Assembly (NCBI GenBank): GCA_020053105.1 | Contig: JAGVNU010000030.1 | Coordinates: 21,838-85,837, forward strand | From: Thermodesulfovibrionia bacterium | GTDB taxonomy: Bacteria; Nitrospirota; Thermodesulfovibrionia; UBA6902 | DNA: 64,000 bases | Reading direction: 5' to 3' | Shown here: positions 9,587 to 18,812 of the stretch, one piece after another | Position numbering within the stretch: position 1 is the stretch's first letter | How the letters are laid out: every line of letters begins with the position of its first letter | Made by a program: the position numbers and the translations under genes | The notes under the pieces: generated by a model | What the model was told of the DNA's origin: nothing | The model's database searches: none | What the model saw: the letters and a program-made list of their open reading frames with translations, nothing else

Positions 9587-10432
9587 CTACTCTCCCCATT
9601 TCAGCTTGGTCCTCAAAATGCGAAAATAATCTCTGTCATGCACAATGAGGAACTTAATTTTATACTCAGCTTTCCGTATCCTCACTTTATCAGTCACCTT
9701 TAAAGGAAATCCTTCCTGTCCGTCAAGGGTCATATATATGTCCTCTCCGGTCTTGATGCCTGCCTCCAATATGAATGCATCCGGCAGCACTATCGGTCTG
9801 CTGGTAAGTGTGTGAGGGCATATGGGGGTCAGCAGAAATGATTCAAGTGTGGGGTACATAATGGGGCCTCCGGCTGAAAGTGAATGGCCAGTTGATCCGG
9901 TAGGGGTGGACACAATTAATCCATCAACCCTGAATGTGGTGACATACTGATTGTTAATGCGTATGTCGATCTCGAACATTCTGGAGAGGGCGCTCTTATT
10001 TAACACAACATCGTTAAATGCACTGTTCTGTATTACCTTCTTTCCTCCCCTGTACACATCAGCCAGAAGCATTATCCGTTCTTCAAAACAGTACTTCTCG
10101 GAAAAAACCATGTCAATACAGTCACTGATCTCATCTCTGCTCAGTTCAGTAATAAAGCCAAGACTTCCGAGATTAACTCCAAGAATAGGAACGCCTGAAT
10201 CGCCTACAAGTCTTGTTACGCTTAAAAGAGTCCCGTCCCCCCCGAATACTATGATTATATCTGTTTTGGAGGGGATCTTTTTCCTCGGATAACCATCAAT
10301 TTTGAGGACCGCAGCCACATCATTCTCAACATACAGCTCACATTTCCTGCCTTTTAACAGGCGTATAAATTCCTTTATAGCCTTAATGGCCTCCGGTTCA
10401 CCTCTTTTTGCAATTATCCCGATTCTCTTCAT
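9587..10432 (-). CDS. nadK: NAD kinase
   Basis: GGDGT, ND motif, STPTGST, SAGGP. Confidence 0.96.
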   Translation of the reverse strand: MKRIGIIAKRGEPEAIKAIKEFIRLLKGRKCELYVENDVAAVLKIDGYPRKKIPSKTDIIIVFGGDGTLLSVTRLVGDSGVPILGVNLGSLGFITELSRDEISDCIDMVFSEKYCFEERIMLLADVYRGGKKVIQNSAFNDVVLNKSALSRMFEIDIRINNQYVTTFRVDGLIVSTPTGSTGHSLSAGGPIMYPTLESFLLTPICPHTLTSRPIVLPDAFILEAGIKTGEDIYMTLDGQEGFPLKVTDKVRIRKAEYKIKFLIVHDRDYFRILRTKLKWGE

Positions 10433-10530
10433 AACTATAAGTAATTATACCTGACTCTTAACTGTGCCGAAGAAAAAAGCATCTAAACGTACAATCCGCG
10501 TTTTCAGGATTTAACAGATAATTGACTTCT

Positions 10531-10962
10531 TCAATCAGGCGTCCCGATGTGGATGCCTTTTATTTCAATCTCTCTTGTATTTTCTTCTTTATGATGCAAA
10601 ATTACACGGACACTTTGTTCCGGGACCTCTTCCTCGGCCCTTTCGGCCCACTCAATTACGGCAATACCGTCAGCGCCGAGATAGTCCCGCAGTCCAAGCT
10701 CCGGCACTTCAGCAGGAGATAGCCTGTAAAGGTCTATATGATAAAAAGGTATGCTGACATTATATTCCGCAATGATAGTATAACTGGCGCTGGTTATGTC
10801 CCTTTCATTTATACCAAAAGCAGACGCAATCCCCTTGACCATCGTAGTCTTTCCTGCGCCAAGCTCGCCATAAAGACATACTACATCCCCGCGCTTAAGA
10901 CGCTCTCCCAGCCTGTGACCGATTTCCCTTGTCTCGGCATCGCTGTTACTTTGAAGCATCAT
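10531..10962 (-). CDS. tsaE: tRNA t6A biosynthesis ATPase
   Basis: GELGAGKT, HIDLYRL, IEWAE. Confidence 0.95.
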   Translation of the reverse strand: MMLQSNSDAETREIGHRLGERLKRGDVVCLYGELGAGKTTMVKGIASAFGINERDITSASYTIIAEYNVSIPFYHIDLYRLSPAEVPELGLRDYLGADGIAVIEWAERAEEEVPEQSVRVILHHKEENTREIEIKGIHIGTPD

Positions 10963-11404
10963 AAGTTATAGCTCTCACCATGTCCGCCTTGCCGACTATT
11001 CCGACGACAGCGCTTCCGTTCAGTACAGGGAGCAGGTGGACATGCTGCTCAGCCATAATCGTTGCAATATCCTCCAGAGAGGATTCTTCCCTTATTGATA
11101 CAACTTTCTTAGTGCATATTTCATCAACCGTTGCAGCAGCCATTTTTCTTATCTCTTCTTCTGCCTTGCCGGAACCCAAGAGTATATAGGCATCAAAAAG
11201 CCTGATCACTGTAGGAATATGGAACCGTTTATTCTTTCTGATGAGATCGTTTTCTGTAACAATACCAACCATCTTCTTTTCGTTGTTAACGACCGGGACC
11301 CCGCTGATTTTATGCTCCATAAGCAATCTCGCCAGCTCTTCTACCGTTGCTTCGGGTCTTACAGTAATCACGTCCTTTGTCATTATGTCCTTTGCCGTAA
11401 GCAT
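10946..11404 (-). CDS. CBS-pair protein
   Basis: AKDIMTKDVITV...ISGVPVV...GIVTENDL; second CBS LLPV...GIVGKADMV. Confidence 0.9.
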   Translation of the reverse strand: MLTAKDIMTKDVITVRPEATVEELARLLMEHKISGVPVVNNEKKMVGIVTENDLIRKNKRFHIPTVIRLFDAYILLGSGKAEEEIRKMAAATVDEICTKKVVSIREESSLEDIATIMAEQHVHLLPVLNGSAVVGIVGKADMVRAITYDASK

Positions 11405-11459
11405 TGCTCCTCCTTGGTAAAACGATTAAATTCTTCATCTGATAAAACGGTTTCCTATT

Positions 11460-12146
11460 CTACCACATTCCTATAAAACCACCCTGCCTTCCAGTACTGC
11501 CTCCGCTGTACCTGTAAGAATAATACTTGTGCGGATCACAGAAGGTGCAGTCTTCAGACTGCCAGATGCTCTGCGGAGGGATACCCATTTTTAATGCCTG
11601 AATCCGGTTTGCAGATGAAAGGTCGAGAAAGTATTTATTGCCCTGCCTGCTGTAATAGTCCCCTTTGCCTGTTGCCTTCTGCACCGCTGCATTAACATCA
11701 TCATCAACTTCATAGCTGCATTGCCTGATACTGGGGCCTATGGCGACCGATATTTCCGCTGGAAGGCATCCGAACTGCTCCTGCATTGCAGCTATTGTCT
11801 CCTTTAAAATCTGTTTTGCTGTCCCCCTCCAGCCTGCATGAACAGCGCCTATTATCCCTTTTCGTCCATCATATAAGAGAATAGGCACGCAATCAGCAAC
11901 TAATATCCCGATAAATATGTTTCTGACGTCAGTAACAACTGCGTCAGCAATTACAGGTTCACGGCCAGACTCAAGGATCTGAATATTACTGGTATGTTTT
12001 TGAATCGGCAAATAAATATCGTCCTTTGAAATATTAAATTCCCCGGCCAGGACTTCTTTAATATTATCATTGTCCTTTGACATATTCTTCGTCGTAAAAA
12101 AAGCCCTTACATTTAAAGAAGCTATATTGGCAGGTTCAATGATCAT
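11460..12146 (-). CDS. pgeF: Peptidoglycan editing factor / YfiH family
   Basis: QKH, ADCVPIL, HAGWRG, IGPSI, YSYR. Confidence 0.9.
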   Translation of the reverse strand: MIIEPANIASLNVRAFFTTKNMSKDNDNIKEVLAGEFNISKDDIYLPIQKHTSNIQILESGREPVIADAVVTDVRNIFIGILVADCVPILLYDGRKGIIGAVHAGWRGTAKQILKETIAAMQEQFGCLPAEISVAIGPSIRQCSYEVDDDVNAAVQKATGKGDYYSRQGNKYFLDLSSANRIQALKMGIPPQSIWQSEDCTFCDPHKYYSYRYSGGSTGRQGGFIGMW

Positions 12147-13750
12147 ACTATAGATTTAATTACCGATGGTATAGCATTAATAATATCAGAGGCAGTCAGT
12201 GACTGCTGGCTCTTCTTTTCGGCAGAAATGTCACCTGCAAAACCATGCAAAAAAACACCCAGCATCGATGCATCCGCAGGGGACATGCCTTGCGCAAGCA
12301 GGGCGGAGATCATTCCTGTCAGCACATCGCCCGCCCCGGCAGTGGCCATCCCGGGATTGCCGGTAGAATTCATGAAAGCTTCGCCCTTAGGCGTTGCCGT
12401 AACAGTAGGAACGCCTTTAAGTACGAGACAGGTTTTCGTTTTACTGGCAAAATCAAGAGCTATATTAATCCTGTCCTTCTCTATCTCCTCCCGATGGTTA
12501 AGGCGGGAGGTTGCCCCTGGGCTCCGCCGGCCAGCCGCCGGCTGATTCATTAACAGTCCTGCCATTTCACCCGGATGGGGCGTCAGGATTACCGGGGCGC
12601 TGCTCTTCTTTAATACCCCGGTGTTACCTGCAATGGCATTCAAACCATCGGCATCGATTACCATCGGAACGCGGGATTCCCGTATAAGCAGACTTACAAG
12701 GCCTGATAATTCTCTATCTACTGAAAGCCCGGGGCCTATGGCAAGGACATTCCCCCTTTTTTTGAGGAAATCAAGGATACCATCAGCTGCATTCATTGAA
12801 AGGGTCCCGTTTCCTTTATCAGAAAGCGGAAGAATCATCTCTTCAGTAACTCTTGATTGGAATGTATTCACAAGTGTATCGGGAATTCCAATTGTTACCA
12901 GACCTGCTCCGGTTCGCAGACATGCCTTTGCAGCCATCAGTGCAGCTCCTGTTTTCCCCCTTGATCCGGCAACTATCAGCACATGACCATACGTCCCCTT
13001 ATGAGAATATTTCGGCCTTACAGGAAGTAAAGACATGATGTCTTCTTTCTGGACCAGATTAATCTTTATCTTTTCTGATGCAAGCAGTGTCCGGGGAAAG
13101 CCGATCTCCTCAATATACAGCTGTCCGGCATACTCAGCGCCCGGATAGAGAAAATGCCCTCTCTTGGGCAGGCCAAATGTAACAGTGAAACGCGCTTTTA
13201 CGGCACAGCCCATTACCTGCCCTGTATCAGAAGAAATACCTGACGGGATATCCACTGAGACGACCGGGGCTGAAATTTTATTGATTGTTTTTATGACTTC
13301 GGCAAGCGGCGCCCTTACCTCCCTGCTTAGACCCGTACCAAGAAGTGCATCTACAATTAAAAATTCATTTGCACCACCTGAAGTGTATTTCGTCAGAAAA
13401 TGACTGACCGGACGCATTATGACACCGAATTTCCCTGCGGCTTCGTAATTTATTTTCGCATCGCCTTTTAAGCTTCCCGGATTTGCTGTCAGGTAAACTT
13501 CAACTTCCCTGCCCTGATTGTGCAGTAACCTTGCAATAACAAAACCATCGCCTCCGTTATTGCCTCCACCGCAGACAACTATTATCTTTCTTGCTTTGTT
13601 TTTGTTTGTGCCCTGACAAAATAAGTCATCTATCCGGGCAACAACACCGAGACCTGCCCTTTCCATAAGAACAGCCCCCGGTATACCGTATCTTTCAATG
13701 GAAATCCGGTCTATCCGCTGCATCTCTTCTGAAGTTGCTACTTTCAGCAT
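12143..13750 (-). CDS. nnr: Bifunctional NAD(P)HX epimerase/dehydratase
   Basis: GNNGGDG, DIPSG, HKGTYG, TPHPGE, GAGDVL. Confidence 0.96.
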   Translation of the reverse strand: MLKVATSEEMQRIDRISIERYGIPGAVLMERAGLGVVARIDDLFCQGTNKNKARKIIVVCGGGNNGGDGFVIARLLHNQGREVEVYLTANPGSLKGDAKINYEAAGKFGVIMRPVSHFLTKYTSGGANEFLIVDALLGTGLSREVRAPLAEVIKTINKISAPVVSVDIPSGISSDTGQVMGCAVKARFTVTFGLPKRGHFLYPGAEYAGQLYIEEIGFPRTLLASEKIKINLVQKEDIMSLLPVRPKYSHKGTYGHVLIVAGSRGKTGAALMAAKACLRTGAGLVTIGIPDTLVNTFQSRVTEEMILPLSDKGNGTLSMNAADGILDFLKKRGNVLAIGPGLSVDRELSGLVSLLIRESRVPMVIDADGLNAIAGNTGVLKKSSAPVILTPHPGEMAGLLMNQPAAGRRSPGATSRLNHREEIEKDRINIALDFASKTKTCLVLKGVPTVTATPKGEAFMNSTGNPGMATAGAGDVLTGMISALLAQGMSPADASMLGVFLHGFAGDISAEKKSQQSLTASDIINAIPSVIKSIV

Positions 13751-13943
13751 ATCGTTCTCACTGATTTTATATCTTTTGATATTTATTCACTCATTAGATT
13801 AAAGTAATAAATTATGAATTATCAACCGGAATCTTAACCTGTTCCGGTCTGTTAACTATATTCTGCAGAAACAAGACTGCCGGCATAATTGAAAAAATAT
13901 TTATCATCTTCATGTTCAATCTTATTCAGAAGGAGAATATACT

Positions 13944-14378
13944 ATGGCAAGGATCGGTATTTTGACCTGTTCCAATGCAACCCAGGACCTTGGATGCTCA
14001 TCATCCAGCTGTCTTGCTGATCTTCGAAAACGTAAAGGCGCATTTGAGGAATATCCCGAGGACAAGGAATTAACTCTGGTCGGTATTATCAACTGTCCGG
14101 GATGTCCCACGCTTACAGGTCCCGATAAGCTCCTTCAAAGGATTAAAGCATTAACTGAATATAAAGTGGACGCAATCCATTTTACCTATTGCATGACTGC
14201 ACTCTGTCCATTCAAAGAAAAATATAGAAACGCTCTGGAAGAGAAATTCCCTGATATTAAGATTGTGATGGGCACCCATAAATCAGCGCTCACTCCTGAG
14301 GCATACAGGGAGAAGATTAAAAAGCTTTTCAATCAGGACAGAAAAACAATGGTAGATGTGATTTTAAAGAGAGATTAA
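13944..14378 (+). CDS. CGGC-domain (Cys-rich, putative metal-binding) protein
   Basis: RIGILTC...GCSSSSC...INCPGCP...HFTYC...CP...MGTH pattern. Confidence 0.8.
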   Translation: MARIGILTCSNATQDLGCSSSSCLADLRKRKGAFEEYPEDKELTLVGIINCPGCPTLTGPDKLLQRIKALTEYKVDAIHFTYCMTALCPFKEKYRNALEEKFPDIKIVMGTHKSALTPEAYREKIKKLFNQDRKTMVDVILKRD

Positions 14379-14436
14379 GCCGGAGAGACCAGGTGGACCT
14401 TCATAGCTTTGCATAGCTACTGACTGCCGCCATTCA

Positions 14437-15156
14437 CTACCTGCTGTTTGTGTCAATCAGTCCCTTCATCTCTCTTACGGCTTTTTCTATCCCGACATAG
14501 ATTGAATTGGCAATTATACTGTGGCCGATATACAATCCTCTCAGCCCTTTAATGGCGGCGATCTTTTTTACATTCGCAAAGTTAAGCCCGTGGCCTGCAT
14601 TCACCTGCAGCCCTAACTCAAGCCCTTTCCTGACTGCCTTCTTTACCCTGTTAAGCTCCTCCGTCTTTTTTCTGCCTTTGGAATTGGCATAAAGTCCGGT
14701 ATGAATTTCAATCATCCGGGCGCCAAGTTCTTTTGAAATTACAATATCGGAGTCTGAGGGATTTATAAAAAGACTTACCGGTATCCCACTGCCCTGTATA
14801 ATGTCGATTGCGTATTTTATTTTCTTTCTGCCCTTTATCAGATCAAGCCCGCCTTCTGTCGTCAACTCTTCCCTCTTCTCAGGCACGAGAGTCACCATAT
14901 CAGGTCTGACCTTAAGCGCGATGCTTATCATTTCTTTTGTGGCGGCCATTTCCAGATTCAGTTCAATCGATATCTCACGCCTCACATTTATTAAGTCTCT
15001 GTCCTGAATGTGCCTTCTGTCTTCCCTGAGATGCAGGGTAATGCCATCCGCGCCGCCGAGTACAGCCAGCTCAGCCGCAGTCAGGGGGTCCGGCTCCATT
15101 TCTCTTCTCGCCTCTCTTACAGTGGCCACATGATCAACATTTACACCAAGAAGCAT
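14437..15156 (-). CDS. pdxJ: Pyridoxine 5'-phosphate synthase
   Basis: LGVNVDHVAT, HLREDRRHI, EIHTG, AGHGL; ATG 15156 follows GGAGG. Confidence 0.97.
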   Translation of the reverse strand: MLLGVNVDHVATVREARREMEPDPLTAAELAVLGGADGITLHLREDRRHIQDRDLINVRREISIELNLEMAATKEMISIALKVRPDMVTLVPEKREELTTEGGLDLIKGRKKIKYAIDIIQGSGIPVSLFINPSDSDIVISKELGARMIEIHTGLYANSKGRKKTEELNRVKKAVRKGLELGLQVNAGHGLNFANVKKIAAIKGLRGLYIGHSIIANSIYVGIEKAVREMKGLIDTNSR

Positions 15157-15363
15157 ATACACCTCCAGAATAAATCCCGAATAACATTAATAAGTAACCG
15201 GTCAAAATATTCGTACAAATTTTACTGGTTAACTTAATTTAAACAAAGAATCTTTGTCAAGCAGAAACACACTAAAATAAACATTGAAGATGATTTGACT
15301 TAGTTGTAATAAATCTGTTAATTTACAACTTATTTAAAATTTACAATATTACCGAGGGCAAAT

Positions 15364-15918
15364 ATGACAAAGAAAACAACAGCCAAGAAATCGAATATAA
15401 AAGCTGCCAGGACAACTAAATCGGTAAAGAAAGATCCAAAAAAGAATATGAAAGCATCCTCTAAATCGTCAACCCCCAAGAAAGAAATCGTGACCGCACC
15501 TTCAAAAAAGAAGCCGTCCGAAGCGCAAAAAAAGACGTCGTTATCAGAAAGAGATGCCGTAATACAGCGGATAAAACAGGACCTTCTAAATCAGAGAGAG
15601 GCTTTACTCAAGGAAGCAGAAGAAACTCTAAGCAGTCTCCCATCCGAGCTTAACTTCCCGGACATGGGGGACCAGGCCACTGCAGAAGCTGATCGAAATT
15701 TCATGCTCAGGCTCAGAGACAGAGAACGCATGCTGTTGAAAAAAATCGAAGAGACTATTGACCGTATTGAAAACGGCCCTTACGGCATATGCGATGAATG
15801 CGGTAACGAAATCGGAATAAAGCGTCTTGAGGCAAGGCCGGTGACAACATTGTGCATCGAATGTAAAACACGCCAGGAAGAAGAAGAAAGAATAGCCGAG
15901 GGCGGAAAATCGGAGTGA
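15364..15918 (+). CDS. dksA: DksA with Lys-rich N-terminal extension
   Basis: DMGDQA (DxxDxA), YGICDECG...RLEARPVTTLCIECK zinc finger. Confidence 0.9.
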   Translation: MTKKTTAKKSNIKAARTTKSVKKDPKKNMKASSKSSTPKKEIVTAPSKKKPSEAQKKTSLSERDAVIQRIKQDLLNQREALLKEAEETLSSLPSELNFPDMGDQATAEADRNFMLRLRDRERMLLKKIEETIDRIENGPYGICDECGNEIGIKRLEARPVTTLCIECKTRQEEEERIAEGGKSE

Positions 15919-15951
15919 TTTAGCATTCGGAGTCATTTAACGGAGCATTTC

Positions 15952-15980
15952 AAACCCTGCAGTATACTGCAGGGTTTTTT
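15952..15980 (+). terminator. Intrinsic terminator
   Basis: AAACCCTGCAG-TATA-CTGCAGGGTTTTTT. Confidence 0.85.
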
Positions 15981-16105
15981 ATTTTATTTCCTGACAGCGC
16001 CTTAATTACTGCTGATTACATGTGACAACATGATAATCTTCACCAGGTGGAAGAGTAGTCGGCGTGTAGTGTATTATATAAAAACTGAAATTGAAAACAG
16101 ATAAT

Positions 16106-16179
16106 GCCACCGTGGCTCAATCCGGCAGAGCATCGCATTCGTAATGCGGAGGTTAGGGGTTCAACTCCCCTCGGTGGCT
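16106..16179 (+). tRNA. tRNA-Thr(CGT)
   Basis: Cloverleaf: acceptor GCCACCG/CGGTGGC, D arm GCTC/GAGC, anticodon loop TT-CGT-AA, T arm AGGGG-TTCAACT-CCCCT; CCA not encoded. Confidence 0.93.
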
Positions 16180-16307
16180 TATTAAACATGTTCTATCAGG
16201 TTTAATATAGCGGGAGATGCGCCGTCCCGATAGATTTTCAGGGGTGTCTGGTTATTCGGGGAACATGGACGGCATATTTTTTGGTCCAAACGCGCGGGTC
16301 CAGCGGT

Positions 16308-18023
16308 TCAAGTAAACATATGGACATCAGAGCATTTCCATATATGTTCAAAATTGCAGATGACAACTAACGGACTGCCTGAGGTATCTTTTATTATTTC
16401 CCCGTTGCCGCTTACTGCCAGCAGCAGATCATCGAGTTTTAATAGTGATCCGTCGTAATCAACATCCCTGAGATTCTCCCTGACCTGCCTGAACAGCACC
16501 CTGCACTGTGCTTCATCAATAAGCCCCCTGAAGACTGCCCGGGCAAGATCTACAGGCGTATAGAGCGGGCCCGTCTGCCGGGCGACCCACTGGTCCGGCC
16601 CGTTATAGTAACCGCGAATGGTAATGTAATTATGACTTTCCTGAAGGATGGGATTGCCTTCCGGGTCCAAAATGTTAATATGTGATTCATATCTTCTGCG
16701 GTCCGTCGATGACTCTATCTTGGCGGTGCCGGTCATATATATGGCCCTTACATATACACAAGGTATCCCGAGTTTGTTCAGGTGATGGGCTATGGCAAAT
16801 TCTTCGAAAGGACTGTTTATGCCGAACTCGCGGACCCTGGGATTTAATCTCACCTCTTCTTCATCCGGAATTTCGCCGACCCTTGAAGTTTCCCAGACAA
16901 GATGAATATTGTCCTTTGTGATCGTATAGAAAACATCCTTGGCACTGGACAACCTGATAGACGGGGTCTTCCTCCATCGTTCAGGGAGAAAGTAGTCAAA
17001 TAAACGGGCGTTATTACCGACGACCCACAGATGCCCTCCCGTGCTTTCTGCATGACCATGAATATACGGCACGCCGAAGATCTCCATGTTTGTCAAATGA
17101 TCAGGCATAGGGGTCGGCGTAAAACGGTCACGCTGATCATCCAGGTAGGAATGCCTTCTGGAGTTCTTTACTTCCAGTTCGTGTTCAGGCGTGCGCAGCA
17201 GAAGTTCATAATCAACCACTGAATATTTTCCAATACTGATAAGATTATAGAGATAGTATATTTGATCGTCTCTGGAATCAATTGTCTGTGCCTGTCCGAT
17301 TTCCCTGATCCGCTCTGTATCGGCTTCGCTTATTATAATATGCTCCGGTTTCATGTCTGCAACTAAATATCCCTTTTTATTAAGGTCCGATGTAACGATC
17401 CTGTCTATTGCTTTAAGATGATGAATACGCATATCGTCTTCGAAATTAATATGCTGGAAAACTTCAGGGAGATTGTAGCCCTCAATCCATTCGTAAATAA
17501 GTTTGTACTGCTTGAGTATATCGATATCTATGCCCGGATGCCTGGCCCGGATACGGTTTATTTTTGCCTTTGACCTGCCGCTCTGCCACATCTGCATTAT
17601 TTCCGGCGGCACATAAATGACCATTGGAAGCTGAGTAATTATTTTCAGGTCCTTCGGGCCAAACCGGCACTCCCGCATTTCCATAACAAGGGAAAACTCT
17701 TCCCATGGGCTGTTAAACTCGGCGTCGCAAAATTCCATCAGCGTATGCGTATCTATAGGGACATCCTCCCCGACCCGGCAGTTCTTTACTACCAGATTAA
17801 GGACTTTCCCATCAACTTCTTTGGTCGGCAGCTTGTAGACAGAGCCAGTGCCTTTGAGTCTTAATTTATGCCTGTTGAACCAGTCCGGCTCATACCAGTT
17901 TTGCGTGTCGAAATGCCTCAGGTACTGTTCTGCAAATCTTGTTAAGTAAAGGTCCCCCCCATCACTGGTCTTGACGTGGGCATATACAACACCTAACACA
18001 TTAACTAATGTTTTTTTATGCAT
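16308..18023 (-). CDS. Conserved hypothetical protein with two tandem protein-kinase-like domains (second degenerate)
   Basis: GTGSVY, LVVK, SPWEEF, IYEWIEG, ADMKPEHII, VDYE; second repeat SRVGE/SPFEEF/CNFE. Confidence 0.6.
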   Translation of the reverse strand: MHKKTLVNVLGVVYAHVKTSDGGDLYLTRFAEQYLRHFDTQNWYEPDWFNRHKLRLKGTGSVYKLPTKEVDGKVLNLVVKNCRVGEDVPIDTHTLMEFCDAEFNSPWEEFSLVMEMRECRFGPKDLKIITQLPMVIYVPPEIMQMWQSGRSKAKINRIRARHPGIDIDILKQYKLIYEWIEGYNLPEVFQHINFEDDMRIHHLKAIDRIVTSDLNKKGYLVADMKPEHIIISEADTERIREIGQAQTIDSRDDQIYYLYNLISIGKYSVVDYELLLRTPEHELEVKNSRRHSYLDDQRDRFTPTPMPDHLTNMEIFGVPYIHGHAESTGGHLWVVGNNARLFDYFLPERWRKTPSIRLSSAKDVFYTITKDNIHLVWETSRVGEIPDEEEVRLNPRVREFGINSPFEEFAIAHHLNKLGIPCVYVRAIYMTGTAKIESSTDRRRYESHINILDPEGNPILQESHNYITIRGYYNGPDQWVARQTGPLYTPVDLARAVFRGLIDEAQCRVLFRQVRENLRDVDYDGSLLKLDDLLLAVSGNGEIIKDTSGSPLVVICNFEHIWKCSDVHMFT

Positions 18024-18101
18024 TCCAATTTAATTTTGTCTTTAGCAGTTATTTCCGAATGATAACAAGGGGACATTCGCATGTATATTCATACTATTGC
18101 C

Positions 18102-18812
18102 CTACGGCAGGGTTAACGTAAAGCAGCCTCCTCCGTACTCACCGCCGTTACTGATTGAGATAAATCCTTCCCGGTCTTTGTTCTTATGCAGCTTTACAAC
18201 CATCGACGCAAAATAAAGACCGAGACCTGTACTGCCGGTCTTGAAACTGACCCCACTGCCTTTCTGTACCCCTGTTCCCAGCATTTCCTCAGGATAACCC
18301 TGTCCGTCATCCTCTATGCTGAGCACCAGCCAGCCATTGATTTCATTAGCCCGTATTAATATCCTGCTTTTGGTATACCGGTATGCATTATTCAATATAT
18401 TATTAATAACCCCTGATATGAGATTGCTGTCCATAAACCAGGTCAAATCATCAGGGCATTCATTTAATATCTCTATCCCCTTATAATCCAGCAAGGGCCT
18501 ATTCTGCAGGGCGATCTCCTCAATCAGCTCGGAGACAGGGTAGTGAGATATATTAATGCTGAACTGATCACGGTCCATTTTATATAAGGTCAACAATTGT
18601 ATAAGATTAAAATTTACCCGTGTTGCTTCGTACTGCATTTGTGAAAGGTGCCTGTGTGACGGACATTTTTCAGACGTGCATGTGCCGACAACCTCATCAA
18701 GCGTATTAAGCAGCATGCTGAGTGAATTTTTCATATCGTGGGCCATTGAGGCCAGAAATGCCGGGAAGTCTACAAGCCGTTCAGTTTTGTCCATAATTAT
18801 GTCCTCACGCAT
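18102..18812 (-). CDS. Sensorless cytoplasmic histidine kinase
   Basis: AHDMKNSL H-box, NILNNA, EDDGQG, TGLGL; no TM segments. Confidence 0.88.
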   Translation of the reverse strand: MREDIIMDKTERLVDFPAFLASMAHDMKNSLSMLLNTLDEVVGTCTSEKCPSHRHLSQMQYEATRVNFNLIQLLTLYKMDRDQFSINISHYPVSELIEEIALQNRPLLDYKGIEILNECPDDLTWFMDSNLISGVINNILNNAYRYTKSRILIRANEINGWLVLSIEDDGQGYPEEMLGTGVQKGSGVSFKTGSTGLGLYFASMVVKLHKNKDREGFISISNGGEYGGGCFTLTLP

